A stretch of 24,000 nucleotides of DNA from an uncultured Candidatus Izemoplasmatales bacterium (GTDB lineage: Bacteria > Bacillota_I > Bacilli_A > Izemoplasmatales > Izemoplasmataceae): positions 100,841 to 124,840 of the forward strand of contig CAZCTR010000001.1 in the NCBI GenBank assembly GCA_964501715.1, written 5' to 3'. The notes beneath the pieces are model-generated. The model made no database searches, was not told the DNA's origin, and was given only the letters and a program-made list of their open reading frames with translations. The translations under genes were made by a program, and so were the position numbers. This document shows positions 1-8,406 of this stretch, in pieces. Numbering within the stretch: position 1 is the stretch's first letter; each line of letters starts with the position of its first letter.

Positions 1-2
1 AC

Positions 3-671
3 AAGACCCTAGGGGACGTCTTCACGGTCGCCCATGAAGGCGGACACTCCATGCATTCGCTGTTCGCTAAAGAACATCAGCCCGAACCCACCCAGAACTA
101 CACCATCTTTGTCGCAGAGATCGCCTCCACATTCAACGAACATCTTCTCCTTGATTATTTCATCAACAACAACAAGGGAACCAAAGAGGACAAGGTCCAG
201 CTCCTGCAACAATCGATTGATGATATCGCCGCCACATTCTATCGTCAGACGCTTTTTGCGGCCTATGAGCTCAAAGCTCATGAAATGGCGGAAAAGGGCG
301 AGCCGATCACGTATGAATCCCTCAGTCAAATCATGATTGACCTCTACAAGGACTTCTACGATATCGACATCACCGAAGAGGGCCCTAAACCATATGTATG
401 GGCCTACATCCCTCACTTCTTCTTCGCACCTTACTATGTCTATCAATACGCGACGAGCTTTGCCGCAAGCCTGAAGCTCTATGAGATGGTCAAGGAAGAC
501 CCGTCCAACATCCAGAACCATATGGACCTCCTTAAGAGCGGCGGTGACGACTTCCCCATGAACCAGACCCGTCGCGCGGGGCTTGACCTCACTGACAAGG
601 AGACCTTCCAGGCTGTGACCAAACGTCTTGAAACCCTTCTTGATGAACTCGAACTTGCACTCAAGGAATAA
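3..671 (+). CDS. pepF: M3-family oligoendopeptidase F, C-terminal part (5' truncated by window edge)
   Basis: Frame 3 reads KTLGDVFTVAHEGGHSMHSLFAKEH..., containing HEXXH (HEGGH), then QNYTIFVAEIASTFNEHLL and FFFAPYYVYQYATSFAASLKLYE, typical of the PepF C-terminus; ends TAA at 669-671. Confidence 0.93.
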   Translation, partial: KTLGDVFTVAHEGGHSMHSLFAKEHQPEPTQNYTIFVAEIASTFNEHLLLDYFINNNKGTKEDKVQLLQQSIDDIAATFYRQTLFAAYELKAHEMAEKGEPITYESLSQIMIDLYKDFYDIDITEEGPKPYVWAYIPHFFFAPYYVYQYATSFAASLKLYEMVKEDPSNIQNHMDLLKSGGDDFPMNQTRRAGLDLTDKETFQAVTKRLETLLDELELALKE

Positions 672-699
672 TCTGATACACTATAAGTGATACGAAACA

Positions 700-892
700 C
701 GATGAGAAGGACGACCATGACACCCTCAGCGAGTCCGGAGCGGTGAAAGCCGGACAAAAGTCATGTTCTGGCCCTTCGAGTGACGCCAATCCCGTCCGTC
801 TCCCGCGTTAAGGGCATGAGCGCCGGATCATCCGGAAGCAAGGTGGTACCGCGGACACTCCGCCCTTGATTGTTTTGATCAAGGGCGTTTTC
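700..892 (+). promoter_or_regulatory. T-box leader (probably tRNA-Trp responsive) upstream of trpS
   Basis: Start-like motif GATGAGAAGGACGA (~700), CAGCGAGTCCGG, GTGAAAGCCGGAC, possible UGG specifier at 769-771, near-canonical T-box AAGGTGGTACCGCGG at ~840-854, then a terminator hairpin, then trpS. Confidence 0.93.
861..892 (+). terminator. Terminator of the T-box riboswitch
   Basis: CGCCCTTGAT-TGTTTT-GATCAAGGGCG followed by TTTT. Confidence 0.9.
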
Positions 893-912
893 TATTCGAA
901 AGGAGCATGACC

Positions 913-1923
913 ATGAAAGAAAGAACCATCGTATCGGGCATCCAGCCCACAGGCACTTTGAACATCGGAACCTATCTAGGAAGCATCAAGAACTTTGTGA
1001 AGCTTCAGGAAACCTACCAGGACCATCACTTCTTTTTGTTCATCGCAGACTTGCACGCGATCACCATTCCAAGAGATCGCTTGAAACTTAGAAGGACCAT
1101 CAAGGAACTCGCCGCATTATACCTTGCCTGCGGACTCAAAAAAGAGCGCTTGTCCCTCTTCATCCAATCCGAAGTGAGGGCCCATTCCCATATGGCCTAT
1201 CTTCTTCAATGTTTCACATACATGGGGGAGCTCGAACGTATGACGCAGTTTAAGGACAAAGCCAAGAAACAAACCAATGGCGTCAGCGCGTCCCTGTTCA
1301 CCTACCCCTCCCTCATGGCAGGGGACATCCTGCTTTATGATGCGGAATACGTACCCGTCGGAGAGGATCAGAAACAGCACCTCGAGCTGGCACGAAACAT
1401 TGCCGAACGCGTAAATAACCGCTTCGGAGAGTTCTTCACCGTGCCGAAACCGTTGATTCCCAAAGTGGGCGCACGCATCATGAGTTTGACAGACCCCACC
1501 AGCAAGATGAGCAAATCCGATGAAAACGTCAAATCAAGAATCCTTTTGCTGGATGATGAGTCCATCATCCGCAAAAGGATCAAAAGCGCCGTCACCGACA
1601 GCGAGGGTTCCATACGCTTCGACAAAGAGAACAAACCAGGCATCTCCAATCTCATGACCATGATGGGGTCAATCACCAATGAGACAATGGAAGCCATAGA
1701 AAGCCGTTATAAGGAAGAGACCTCATACAAGGCTTTCAAAGAGGAACTCGCGGAACTAGTGGTGAATGAACTGAAACCGATACAAAAGCGTTATGAGGAA
1801 CTCATCAAATCCAATGAACTCGATGAGATTCTTGACGAAGGCGCCAAAGCGGCCTCTAGAATCGCGGAGAAGAAAGTTCGCAAGTTCGACCACAAACTCG
1901 GGCTCGGCCGTAAAAGACGCTGA
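913..1923 (+). CDS. trpS: Tryptophan--tRNA ligase
   Basis: GIQPTGTLNIGTYLGSIKNF (HIGH-like region), KMSKSDENVKS motif, located behind a T-box. ORF track starts at 907, but ATG 913 has better spacing from AAAGGAG (898-904). Confidence 0.97.
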   Translation: MKERTIVSGIQPTGTLNIGTYLGSIKNFVKLQETYQDHHFFLFIADLHAITIPRDRLKLRRTIKELAALYLACGLKKERLSLFIQSEVRAHSHMAYLLQCFTYMGELERMTQFKDKAKKQTNGVSASLFTYPSLMAGDILLYDAEYVPVGEDQKQHLELARNIAERVNNRFGEFFTVPKPLIPKVGARIMSLTDPTSKMSKSDENVKSRILLLDDESIIRKRIKSAVTDSEGSIRFDKENKPGISNLMTMMGSITNETMEAIESRYKEETSYKAFKEELAELVVNELKPIQKRYEELIKSNELDEILDEGAKAASRIAEKKVRKFDHKLGLGRKRR

Positions 1924-1957
1924 TCAAAGCCAGAAACCCATCACTACTATAGATAAG

Positions 1958-1999
1958 CAAGGCTCCGTGAACGTATTTTACGCTCACGGAGCCTTTATT
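1958..1999 (+). terminator. Rho-independent terminator after trpS
   Basis: AAGGCTCCGTGA-acgtattttacgc-TCACGGAGCCTTTATT inverted repeat. Confidence 0.85.
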
Positions 2000-2140
2000 A
2001 GTGTATGCATCCCTGCAGAACATTCAGAGCATCAGACACCACGCATGATGTGGCATGTGAAAATATGACAAGACATACCAATGCGTCTTAACATTGAGAC
2101 TGTAAAATATTCAGCAGTGAATGAAGATGGAGAAAAGTGC

Positions 2141-3334
2141 TCAATCCGCATAGTTCTTGAAATAATTCTGAACCAGCACGATGGGCGTACCCTTGTCTCC
2201 GCTTCCGGAAACCAAATCACATAGCGAACCGATTAAATCAACGTACTGCCTTGGTGTGGTCCCTTGGGACAGCATGGAACCTTTTAGGGAAGTGTCTTTG
2301 GCACGGATTTTATTTTTCACAGCTTTTTCCAAGGACTCGCCCTCAAGGTCGGCAAACTCATTATCCGCGACATATTTTAATTTGAGTTCATTTGGAGACC
2401 CGCTCAATCCATCCGTGTATCCCGGTGACACCACCGGATCAGCAAGCTCCCAGATGCCGCCGGCAGGATCCTTGTAAGCACCGTCTCCATATATCATGAC
2501 CTCGGGCATGACACCGAACCTGTCACCGATTGTCTTTTGAATGACCTTAGCCGTCTTGAAACCGTCGCGCGGGAAGAGTTTCAGGCGTTCCTCGGTGGAT
2601 TTGTTGCTGCCCAAAAGACCGTAAGCCGGATTGTGGCCTTTTCCGATGACGGGTGCATTCAATAAGTCCACAAGTGTCAATACGTTCTTGGCGCCAGCTT
2701 TCACCAACCGCTTTTTCGTCATGGACCTGGTGTGGATATCACATGCGAGGACTCTGTCGGTATGCTTCAAGATGTAGGCTGGATTGTTGGAAAAGATGAC
2801 GTTAACTGTGCATCCTTCTGCTTCAGCGACAGACTTGTAGTATTCAATGTAATCGACGCCCGTGAACGGATGGGGCTCATAGCCGAATTGATGCCTGAAT
2901 GTCGCCTCATCCAAAACATCCTTCCACGGATTGATGTCTTGTTCAAACAGGTTTTCATCGCTTACAAGACGGTTCCCCACCTCGTCCGAAGGGTAGTTGA
3001 GCATCAGGTCAATGTGGTCCATGCTGCGTGCGACCCCCTTCAAAATCAGCGAGAAACGGTTCCTGCTCAAAATAGGGAATATGACGCCAAGTGTGCGAGC
3101 CCCATCATTTTTCCTTCTGACGTCCCTGGCAACCTCGTCGACCGTCACGTAATTGCCTTCCGCCCGGGCGACAACCGCTTCGCTCACGGCCACGACATCA
3201 TCCTCCAAAAGTGGGACTCCCATCTCTTCAACGGCGTCAGAGAGGCTGTTTGCGACCAACCGGTCTATGGCATCCCCTTCTTTGATGATGGGTGCTCTGA
3301 TCCCGATGGCCTTCGTTCCAATATGACTCGGCAT
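2141..3334 (-). CDS. Coenzyme F420-0:L-glutamate ligase-like (CofE/FbiB N-terminal superfamily) protein
   Basis: 398-aa protein MPSHIGTKAIGIRAPIIKEGDAIDRLVANSL...ISEAVVARAEG-type N-terminus, ...VIGKGHNPAYGLLGSNKSTEERLKLFPR..., GDGAYKDPAGGIWELADP; strong SD AGGAGG 8 nt before ATG 3334. ORF track start 3430 is probably too far upstream. Family call is from memory of this ligase family. Confidence 0.62.
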   Translation of the reverse strand: MPSHIGTKAIGIRAPIIKEGDAIDRLVANSLSDAVEEMGVPLLEDDVVAVSEAVVARAEGNYVTVDEVARDVRRKNDGARTLGVIFPILSRNRFSLILKGVARSMDHIDLMLNYPSDEVGNRLVSDENLFEQDINPWKDVLDEATFRHQFGYEPHPFTGVDYIEYYKSVAEAEGCTVNVIFSNNPAYILKHTDRVLACDIHTRSMTKKRLVKAGAKNVLTLVDLLNAPVIGKGHNPAYGLLGSNKSTEERLKLFPRDGFKTAKVIQKTIGDRFGVMPEVMIYGDGAYKDPAGGIWELADPVVSPGYTDGLSGSPNELKLKYVADNEFADLEGESLEKAVKNKIRAKDTSLKGSMLSQGTTPRQYVDLIGSLCDLVSGSGDKGTPIVLVQNYFKNYAD

Positions 3335-3444
3335 GCGTCTCCTCCTATGAATACATTTTGTCTGGCTTGTTGACCGCCATATAAAAACCCTCGAACAGCC
3401 ACCCCGGCATGCGCCAGAGAAAGGGTTCAAGGGTAGGGTTCATA

Positions 3445-3705
3445 TCATTTCAGATTCATTTGCCGGATATGCTCCGTAATGGCTTCCATGGCCTTGACCT
3501 CATCCGCGCCCTTGGCCTCGATCACGACCAGGCTTCCACGTTCGGCACCCAAAGAAAGGACGCCCATGATGCTCTTGAGATCAACCTTGACGTCATCATA
3601 AGTGATGGAGATGTCGCTTCTGAACTGGTTCGCCTTGGACACCAAGGTCGTCGCGGGGCGGGCATGAAGCCCTTCCTGGTTGGAAATCACGAATTCTTTT
3701 CTCAT
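3445..3705 (-). CDS. ptsH: HPr-family phosphocarrier protein
   Basis: MRKEFVISNQEGLHARPATTLVSKANQF... (active His-15 motif GLHARPA) and VDLKSIMGVLSLG (Ser-46 motif). Confidence 0.93.
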   Translation of the reverse strand: MRKEFVISNQEGLHARPATTLVSKANQFRSDISITYDDVKVDLKSIMGVLSLGAERGSLVVIEAKGADEVKAMEAITEHIRQMNLK

Positions 3706-4055
3706 TGTTTTCTTTCCTCCATCATTTCTAGCAATGCTTGATACACTGCCTCATTATCCGTTTCAAAATAAAACTTGATTTTCTTACCGACGACATTCAC
3801 CCCGGTCGCCCCGGCCTCTTTCAGTGATTCCATCTCTATATCGCGTGGACGTTTCACGGTGACGTTGATCTTATGGCGCTCGAATGTCACTGATTGAATG
3901 TCCGCTTCGTCCAAGGTTTCATAGAGGGCTTTCACATCCACTGTAGCTTTTGGTTTTTTTGCAAGGGTCAGAAGAATGATGACAAGTCCGACAAGGAGCA
4001 GGGCCACGCCGGTGATGAGAATATAGTGATTCATTTCGAGATTATTGAAGTCCAT
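3702..4055 (-). CDS. Membrane-anchored glucose-type PTS EIIB-like protein lacking the phosphocysteine
   Basis: N-terminal TM helix HYILITGVALLLVGLVIILLTLA, then ALYETLDEADIQSVTFERHKINVTVKRPRDIEMESLKEAGATGVNVVGKKIKFYFETDNEAVYQALLEMM, resembling the EIIB fold pattern (xxACxTRLRVxVKD...LKxxGAxGVxxxGxxxQxIFG) without the Cys. Overlaps HPr by 4 nt (ATGA). Confidence 0.65.
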   Translation of the reverse strand: MDFNNLEMNHYILITGVALLLVGLVIILLTLAKKPKATVDVKALYETLDEADIQSVTFERHKINVTVKRPRDIEMESLKEAGATGVNVVGKKIKFYFETDNEAVYQALLEMMEERKQ

Positions 4056-4108
4056 GTCGTGATCACTCCTTATCTAGTCGCGTTTATTTTATCACAGTTC
4101 ATTTATTT

Positions 4109-4122
4109 TTAAAACGTTTTAA
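4109..4122. promoter_or_regulatory. 14-bp perfect palindrome in the divergent intergenic region, upstream of the uppP -10 box
   Basis: TTAAAACGTTTTAA at 4109-4122, followed by TATAAT at 4125-4130. Confidence 0.5.
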
Positions 4123-4163
4123 GGTATAATATGAGAATATGAAAACGAAAGCAAGGTGACACC

Positions 4164-4979
4164 ATGAGCAGTCTGGTCACATTTGTCAAATACCTTTTCC
4201 TAGGGGCTCTTCAAGGAATCACGGAACCGCTACCCATCTCTTCTAGCGGTCATCTCGTAATCGCCCAAGCCTTTCTCAACATGCCCAATGTCGATTACCT
4301 TCTCGAGGTCTGGCTCAATTTCGCGAGCCTCATGGCTGTCATCGTCCTTTTCCGGAAGCGGATCACATCCTTGATCCAAGGCAACATGGCCTATCTCTTC
4401 AAACGCGACAAGTCGGCTCGGCACCATTTCGATTATGCACTCGCGATACTCATCGGAATCATCCCCGCAGGCCTCGTCGGCTTTTTCCTGAACGACATCC
4501 TTTCAAGGTTCTTTCTGAATCTCTTGTCTGTAGGAATCGCCCTTTTCGTGACAGGAGGGCTACTGCTTTTTGTCCAGACCCAAAGTGAAGAGAATGAGGA
4601 TACCGACATTTCACGCATGGACGCTTTGGTCATCGGTCTCTTTCAGGTGCTTGCTTTGATCCCGGGGATATCGAGAAGCGGAACCACTGTCGTAGGGGGA
4701 CTGTTGAGACGTATCGAGGCTACAAAAGTGATTGAATTCTCTTTCATGCTCTATATCCCCATAAGCATCGCTTCAATGGGGCTTGAAGCGATGAACATCG
4801 AAAGTTTCGACCATCCCGCGTCCGCGTTTATTGCAAGTTTCATTGTAAGTGGCATACTCACTTATTACGCCCTGAAGCTTTTTGTTCATCTAATCAAGAG
4901 AGGAAACCTCAAATATTTTGCAGCTTACTGCTTCACAGTGGGCGCCTTCTCCATTATCATGTATTTAGTGGGAGCGTGA
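4164..4979 (+). CDS. uppP: Undecaprenyl-diphosphatase (BacA/UppP family)
   Basis: GALQGITEPLPISSSGHLVIAQ and LIPGISRSGTTV signature motifs, multiple TM helices, SD AAGGTG before ATG. Confidence 0.95.
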   Translation: MSSLVTFVKYLFLGALQGITEPLPISSSGHLVIAQAFLNMPNVDYLLEVWLNFASLMAVIVLFRKRITSLIQGNMAYLFKRDKSARHHFDYALAILIGIIPAGLVGFFLNDILSRFFLNLLSVGIALFVTGGLLLFVQTQSEENEDTDISRMDALVIGLFQVLALIPGISRSGTTVVGGLLRRIEATKVIEFSFMLYIPISIASMGLEAMNIESFDHPASAFIASFIVSGILTYYALKLFVHLIKRGNLKYFAAYCFTVGAFSIIMYLVGA

Positions 4980-4982
4980 AAT

Positions 4983-5393
4983 ATGAAAACCCTGATCGCC
5001 AATGACAAACGTACAGTGCTCGATCATTTCAAGGTCCGTGGTGAAGTGTTCATCATTGAACAGGCCATCGACTGGGAAGAGGAGTTCGACGGCAAGGATT
5101 ATGACGCCACCCTCTTCGTCCTCTACAAGGGGGATGAACCAATCGGTGCCGCCAGGCTCACGGGTGACCATGTCGGAAGGGTTGCGGTGCTTAAGGCTCA
5201 CAGGCATGAAAACGCGGGGACCCTCATCATGAAAGATCTTGAGAATGAAGCACGTCGGCAAGGCATCCGGACGCTCTATCTTGGTGCCCAGAAACCTGTC
5301 ATCCCGTTTTACGAATCCCTGGGCTACGAAGCCTACGGGGACATCTTCCTTGATGCCATGATTGAACATCGCATGATGAAAAAGACCCTATGA
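4983..5393 (+). CDS. GNAT family N-acetyltransferase (YjcF/ElaA-like)
   Basis: VRGEVFIIEQAIDWEEEFDGKDYDATLFVLY..., GAARL, PFYESLGYEAYGDIFLDAMIEHRMM. Confidence 0.88.
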   Translation: MKTLIANDKRTVLDHFKVRGEVFIIEQAIDWEEEFDGKDYDATLFVLYKGDEPIGAARLTGDHVGRVAVLKAHRHENAGTLIMKDLENEARRQGIRTLYLGAQKPVIPFYESLGYEAYGDIFLDAMIEHRMMKKTL

Positions 5394-5464
5394 ATAGGTT
5401 CCAATCGATTTTCACATCGGTATGAATTCCGCTTATACCAAACAAAAACTCAAGAGGTGATACC

Positions 5465-5968
5465 ATGGACACAGTAATCGAAGCCATCATCGAAATCCCG
5501 ATGGGCACAAAGAACAAATACGAGATCGACAAGAAGCGCAACCGGATCAAGCTGGACCGGGTGCTTTATTCACAGATGACCTATCCGGCCGAATATGGTT
5601 ATATCGAGCACACCCTCGCTGAGGACAACGACCCGCTCGACATTCTCATCATGGCCAGCACCAAGACTTTTCCGGGATGCATCGTCGATGCAAGGGTCAT
5701 CGGTTCGCTCGACATGATTGACAACGACGAACCCGACCACAAGATCATCGCTGTCATGGAGGACGATCCACGTTTTTCCCATATCCACAAACTCAGCGAC
5801 ATACAGGACCACACCTTGAGGGAAATCAAACATTTTTTCGCCACCTACAAGGACCTTCAACAGAACAAGAAAGTCATTGTGAAGGATTTCCACAACAAGG
5901 ATTACGCCGACAAATTGATCGATGACAGTCGGCGAAGATATCAAAAAGATATAAAGGAGCATGAATAA
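5465..5968 (+). CDS. ppa: Inorganic pyrophosphatase, family I
   Basis: IIEIPMGTKNKYEIDKKRNRIKLDRVLYSQMTYPAEYGYIEHTL..DNDPLDILI; SD AGAGGTG before ATG. Confidence 0.95.
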   Translation: MDTVIEAIIEIPMGTKNKYEIDKKRNRIKLDRVLYSQMTYPAEYGYIEHTLAEDNDPLDILIMASTKTFPGCIVDARVIGSLDMIDNDEPDHKIIAVMEDDPRFSHIHKLSDIQDHTLREIKHFFATYKDLQQNKKVIVKDFHNKDYADKLIDDSRRRYQKDIKEHE

Positions 5969-5969
5969 T

Positions 5970-6365
5970 ATGGCTACAAATATCAAGATGGTTTTCGACA
6001 ACCAGACCAACGGTGTCCTGAACGGATCGCACGGATCGACCACAGTCGGTAGCGAGGATGGCGCCCTGGCCGCTTACGACATGGTCCTGGGTGGACTCGG
6101 AGCTTGTCTGAACCACACTTTCCAAAGCATTTTGAGCAAGAAGAAACTTGAGTTCCATAGCGTCAACTATGAGATAGAAGGCGTCAAGCGTGACGAAGTG
6201 CCTGCGACACTTAAAACCGTCGACATCCAAGTGACAGTGACCGGTGTCGACAGCGACAAAGAGGCACAGGCTCAAAAGGCCTGGGAGATGGCCACCCGCT
6301 ACTGCAGCATGCATGTGACGCTCTCACACGTCGCGGACATGACTTCCACCCTCACATTCAAATAA
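5970..6365 (+). CDS. OsmC/Ohr family protein
   Basis: Protein matches the OsmC pattern (MVLGGLGACLNHTFQSIL...; VTGVDSDKEAQAQKAWEMATRYCSMHVTLSHVADM). ORF track start 5961 is only 2 nt from AAAGGAGC; ATG 5970 is better spaced. Confidence 0.85.
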   Translation: MATNIKMVFDNQTNGVLNGSHGSTTVGSEDGALAAYDMVLGGLGACLNHTFQSILSKKKLEFHSVNYEIEGVKRDEVPATLKTVDIQVTVTGVDSDKEAQAQKAWEMATRYCSMHVTLSHVADMTSTLTFK

Positions 6366-6370
6366 CCGAA

Positions 6371-6393
6371 AGCCCCTTAGAAGGGGCTTTTTT
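6371..6393 (+). terminator. Rho-independent terminator after osmC-like gene
   Basis: AGCCCCTTAGAAGGGGCTTTTTT. Confidence 0.9.
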
Positions 6394-6399
6394 CAAATG

Positions 6400-6424
6400 A
6401 AAAAAACACTTTCAGCGAAAGTGT
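6400..6424 (-). terminator. Terminator for the minus-strand tRNA-Gly transcript
   Basis: Minus strand ACACTTTC-GCT-GAAAGTGT followed by a T tract. Confidence 0.85.
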
Positions 6425-6437
6425 CTTGTTTTAAAGA

Positions 6438-6511
<74 letters not shown>

Positions 6512-6533
6512 ATGGGTGAAGGCTGAAATAAAA

Positions 6534-6607
6534 TGGAGCGGGTGAAGGGGATCGAACCCTCGATTCCACCATGGCAAGGTGGTGTTTTACCACTAAACTA
6601 CACCCGC
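6534..6607 (-). tRNA. tRNA-Gly (anticodon GCC), CCA encoded
   Basis: Minus strand GCGGGTGTAGTTTAGTGGTAAAACACCACCTTGCCATGGTGGAATCGAGGGTTCGATCCCCTTCACCCGCTCCA; loop TTGCCAT. Confidence 0.97.
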
Positions 6608-6640
6608 ATGTTCAAGGCGCCGCCTTAATTCAGCGTGATT

Positions 6641-6670
6641 ATAATACCACGAAACAAAGAAGACTGTCAA
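6641..6670 (-). promoter_or_regulatory. Likely promoter of the tRNA-Gly pair
   Basis: Minus strand TTGACA (6670-6665), 18-nt spacer, TATTAT (6646-6641), starting 8 nt after the rsmH stop. Confidence 0.7.
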
Positions 6671-6678
6671 GGCAACGC

Positions 6679-7611
6679 TCAGCTTTTTTTAAGTTTTTGG
6701 ATGGCGCGCAATTTGGCGCTATGCGCCCGGTTGTTACTGGCGACCTCCTCCTCGGAAGGCCTGATCACTTTTCGATGAAGCAGTTTGAAATCAGGGGTCG
6801 TCGTCGGCATGGTGGGAAGTTCCTTCGGATGGTCCACTGTGGAAGCATCCTTGAAGAGGTTCTTGACGATGCGGTCCTCGAGCGAATGGAAGGTGATCAC
6901 CACGATGATACCGCCTGGTTCGAGCATATCAAGCGCGTCCTTCAGGGAAGTCTTTAGAACGTCCAACTCCTTGTTCACGGCGATACGAAGGGCCTGGAAC
7001 GTCTTTTTTGCAGGATGCCCCTTCTTGGAAAGGACATGCCCGGGCAAAGCCTTTTTCACGATACCGACCAGTTGACCGGTCGTCTCGATGGATTCAGCGT
7101 CGCGCTCTTTGAGAATCCTTTCGGCGATTCTCGGCGCGAATCGTTCCTCACCGTACTGAAACAATATATCCCGGATGGCTTTTTTGGAGTACGTGTTGAC
7201 GATTTCCTTGGCGGTCAGCGGTTGTCTTTGGTCCATCCGCATGTCCAACGTCGCATCATCGACACGGTAGGAGAACCCTCGTTCAGCCGTGTCAAAATGA
7301 TGGGAGGAAACACCCAAATCATAAAGGATGCCGTCCACACCGGTGACCCCGATGGAAAGGAGCGTCTCTTTCATATGTGAGAAGTTCTTCTCGAACACCG
7401 TGAAACGGTTCCCCACTTCTTCCAACCTCTCTTTGGCGACAGGAAGGGTCTCAGTGTCCTGATCAAAAGCATAGAGATATCCGGAGGATATTCTTTTGAG
7501 GATTTCCCTGCTATGGCCCGCAAAGCCGAGCGTGCAGTCCACATAAAGACCGTCCTGTTTGATGTCGAGATAATCGAGCGCCTCTTTGAGAAGCACGGGT
7601 GTGTGTGCCAT
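6679..7611 (-). CDS. rsmH: 16S rRNA (cytosine1402-N4)-methyltransferase
   Basis: MAHTPVLLKEALDYLDIKQDGLYVDCTLGFAGHSREIL..., RIAVNKELDVL, FHSLEDRIVKNLF. ORF track start 7620 is GTG inside the SD (GAGGTG); ATG 7611 preferred. Confidence 0.96.
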   Translation of the reverse strand: MAHTPVLLKEALDYLDIKQDGLYVDCTLGFAGHSREILKRISSGYLYAFDQDTETLPVAKERLEEVGNRFTVFEKNFSHMKETLLSIGVTGVDGILYDLGVSSHHFDTAERGFSYRVDDATLDMRMDQRQPLTAKEIVNTYSKKAIRDILFQYGEERFAPRIAERILKERDAESIETTGQLVGIVKKALPGHVLSKKGHPAKKTFQALRIAVNKELDVLKTSLKDALDMLEPGGIIVVITFHSLEDRIVKNLFKDASTVDHPKELPTMPTTTPDFKLLHRKVIRPSEEEVASNNRAHSAKLRAIQKLKKS

Positions 7612-7666
7612 GTTTTTCACCTCGGATAAAAGAAAAACGCTTTTTTAAGCGCTTCTTTTTTGTTGC

Positions 7667-7867
7667 TTATTCCTCTGTCTCTTCTTCGCCTGCGGTCTTG
7701 TCAACGACCTGACGACCATTGTAATGTCCGCAATGTTTGCATACGCGATGCGCAAGTTTCGTCTCGCCACAGTTCTCACAAACGACCATGCCGGGCATGC
7801 TTAGTTTCTGATGGGTGCGACGCTTTCTTTTGCGCTGTTTCGAATGACTTCTTTTGGGTACAGCCAT
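7667..7867 (-). CDS. rpmF: Large ribosomal subunit protein bL32
   Basis: [22 protein letters not shown]...[25 protein letters not shown] with a four-Cys zinc ribbon. Confidence 0.96.
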   Translation of the reverse strand: MAVPKRSHSKQRKRKRRTHQKLSMPGMVVCENCGETKLAHRVCKHCGHYNGRQVVDKTAGEEETEE

Positions 7868-7878
7868 GTTTGGTCCTC

Positions 7879-8352
7879 CTAACTTTTGTAATCCTTCAGT
7901 TTCTGCAATGCTGGATGCCCGCCCGAGGTTTTTTCATGGTCCTCTTCCGCTTCAAAACGATCATCGTTCTGATGATCGGGGTGAATGACGCGCATCGGTT
8001 TTTCCAAGTATACATTAGACCATATTACCGGCAATAAGTCAATAGTCATACCGTCGATTTGGCGATATTCGTCCTGTTCATTTTCCGTGAATGTCTCAAG
8101 CACATCAAAATCCATTTCAAGATGCACAGGCTTGAGACTTCTCGCACACCGGACTTCCACTGTGGTCGTGATGTGAATGTCAAAATAGAAGAACTCGTCC
8201 ACAATTTCGACACTTCCCTCCACTTGGGTCGGGGTTATGCTGAGCACATCGCTGTCTTCAGCGATGAACCCTTCAAGGTTGACGGTCTCGTCGAAATACG
8301 GATTCTGATGAACCTTTTTCCTGAGTTGTCCCACAGTCCATTTTATTGCCAT
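7879..8352 (-). CDS. DUF177 (YceD/YlbN family) protein
   Basis: [16 protein letters not shown]...; [21 protein letters not shown]; immediately upstream of rpmF, as is typical. ATG 8352 preferred over TTG 8367 (which lies in the GGGGGA SD). Confidence 0.83.
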   Translation of the reverse strand: MAIKWTVGQLRKKVHQNPYFDETVNLEGFIAEDSDVLSITPTQVEGSVEIVDEFFYFDIHITTTVEVRCARSLKPVHLEMDFDVLETFTENEQDEYRQIDGMTIDLLPVIWSNVYLEKPMRVIHPDHQNDDRFEAEEDHEKTSGGHPALQKLKDYKS

Positions 8353-8377
8353 AATATCATCCCCCAAGGACAGTCAA

Positions 8378-8406
8378 ATTATACGTTTTATTTACTTTAA
8401 AGTCAA
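8378..8406 (-). promoter_or_regulatory. sigA-type promoter of the DUF177-rpmF-rsmH operon
   Basis: Minus strand TTGACT (8406-8401), 17-nt spacer, TATAAT (8383-8378). Confidence 0.8.

Noticed and set aside
2032-2220. 62-aa minus-strand ORF downstream of/overlapping the F420 ligase-like 3' end
   Set aside because: Mostly overlaps the end of a better supported gene in another frame; composition not protein-like.
2732-3373. 213-aa plus-strand ORF
   Set aside because: Antisense to the F420 ligase-like gene, which has a strong SD-ATG; shadow ORF.
3419-3442. Repeat-like AGGGTTCAAGGGTAGGGTTCA after HPr
   Set aside because: Only two imperfect copies in a short intergenic segment; too small to claim as a repeat element or terminator.
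3409-3741. 110-aa plus-strand ORF
   Set aside because: Antisense to HPr, whose active-site motifs are unambiguous.
6571-6957. 128-aa plus-strand ORF
   Set aside because: Runs through a tRNA-Gly gene and antisense to rsmH.
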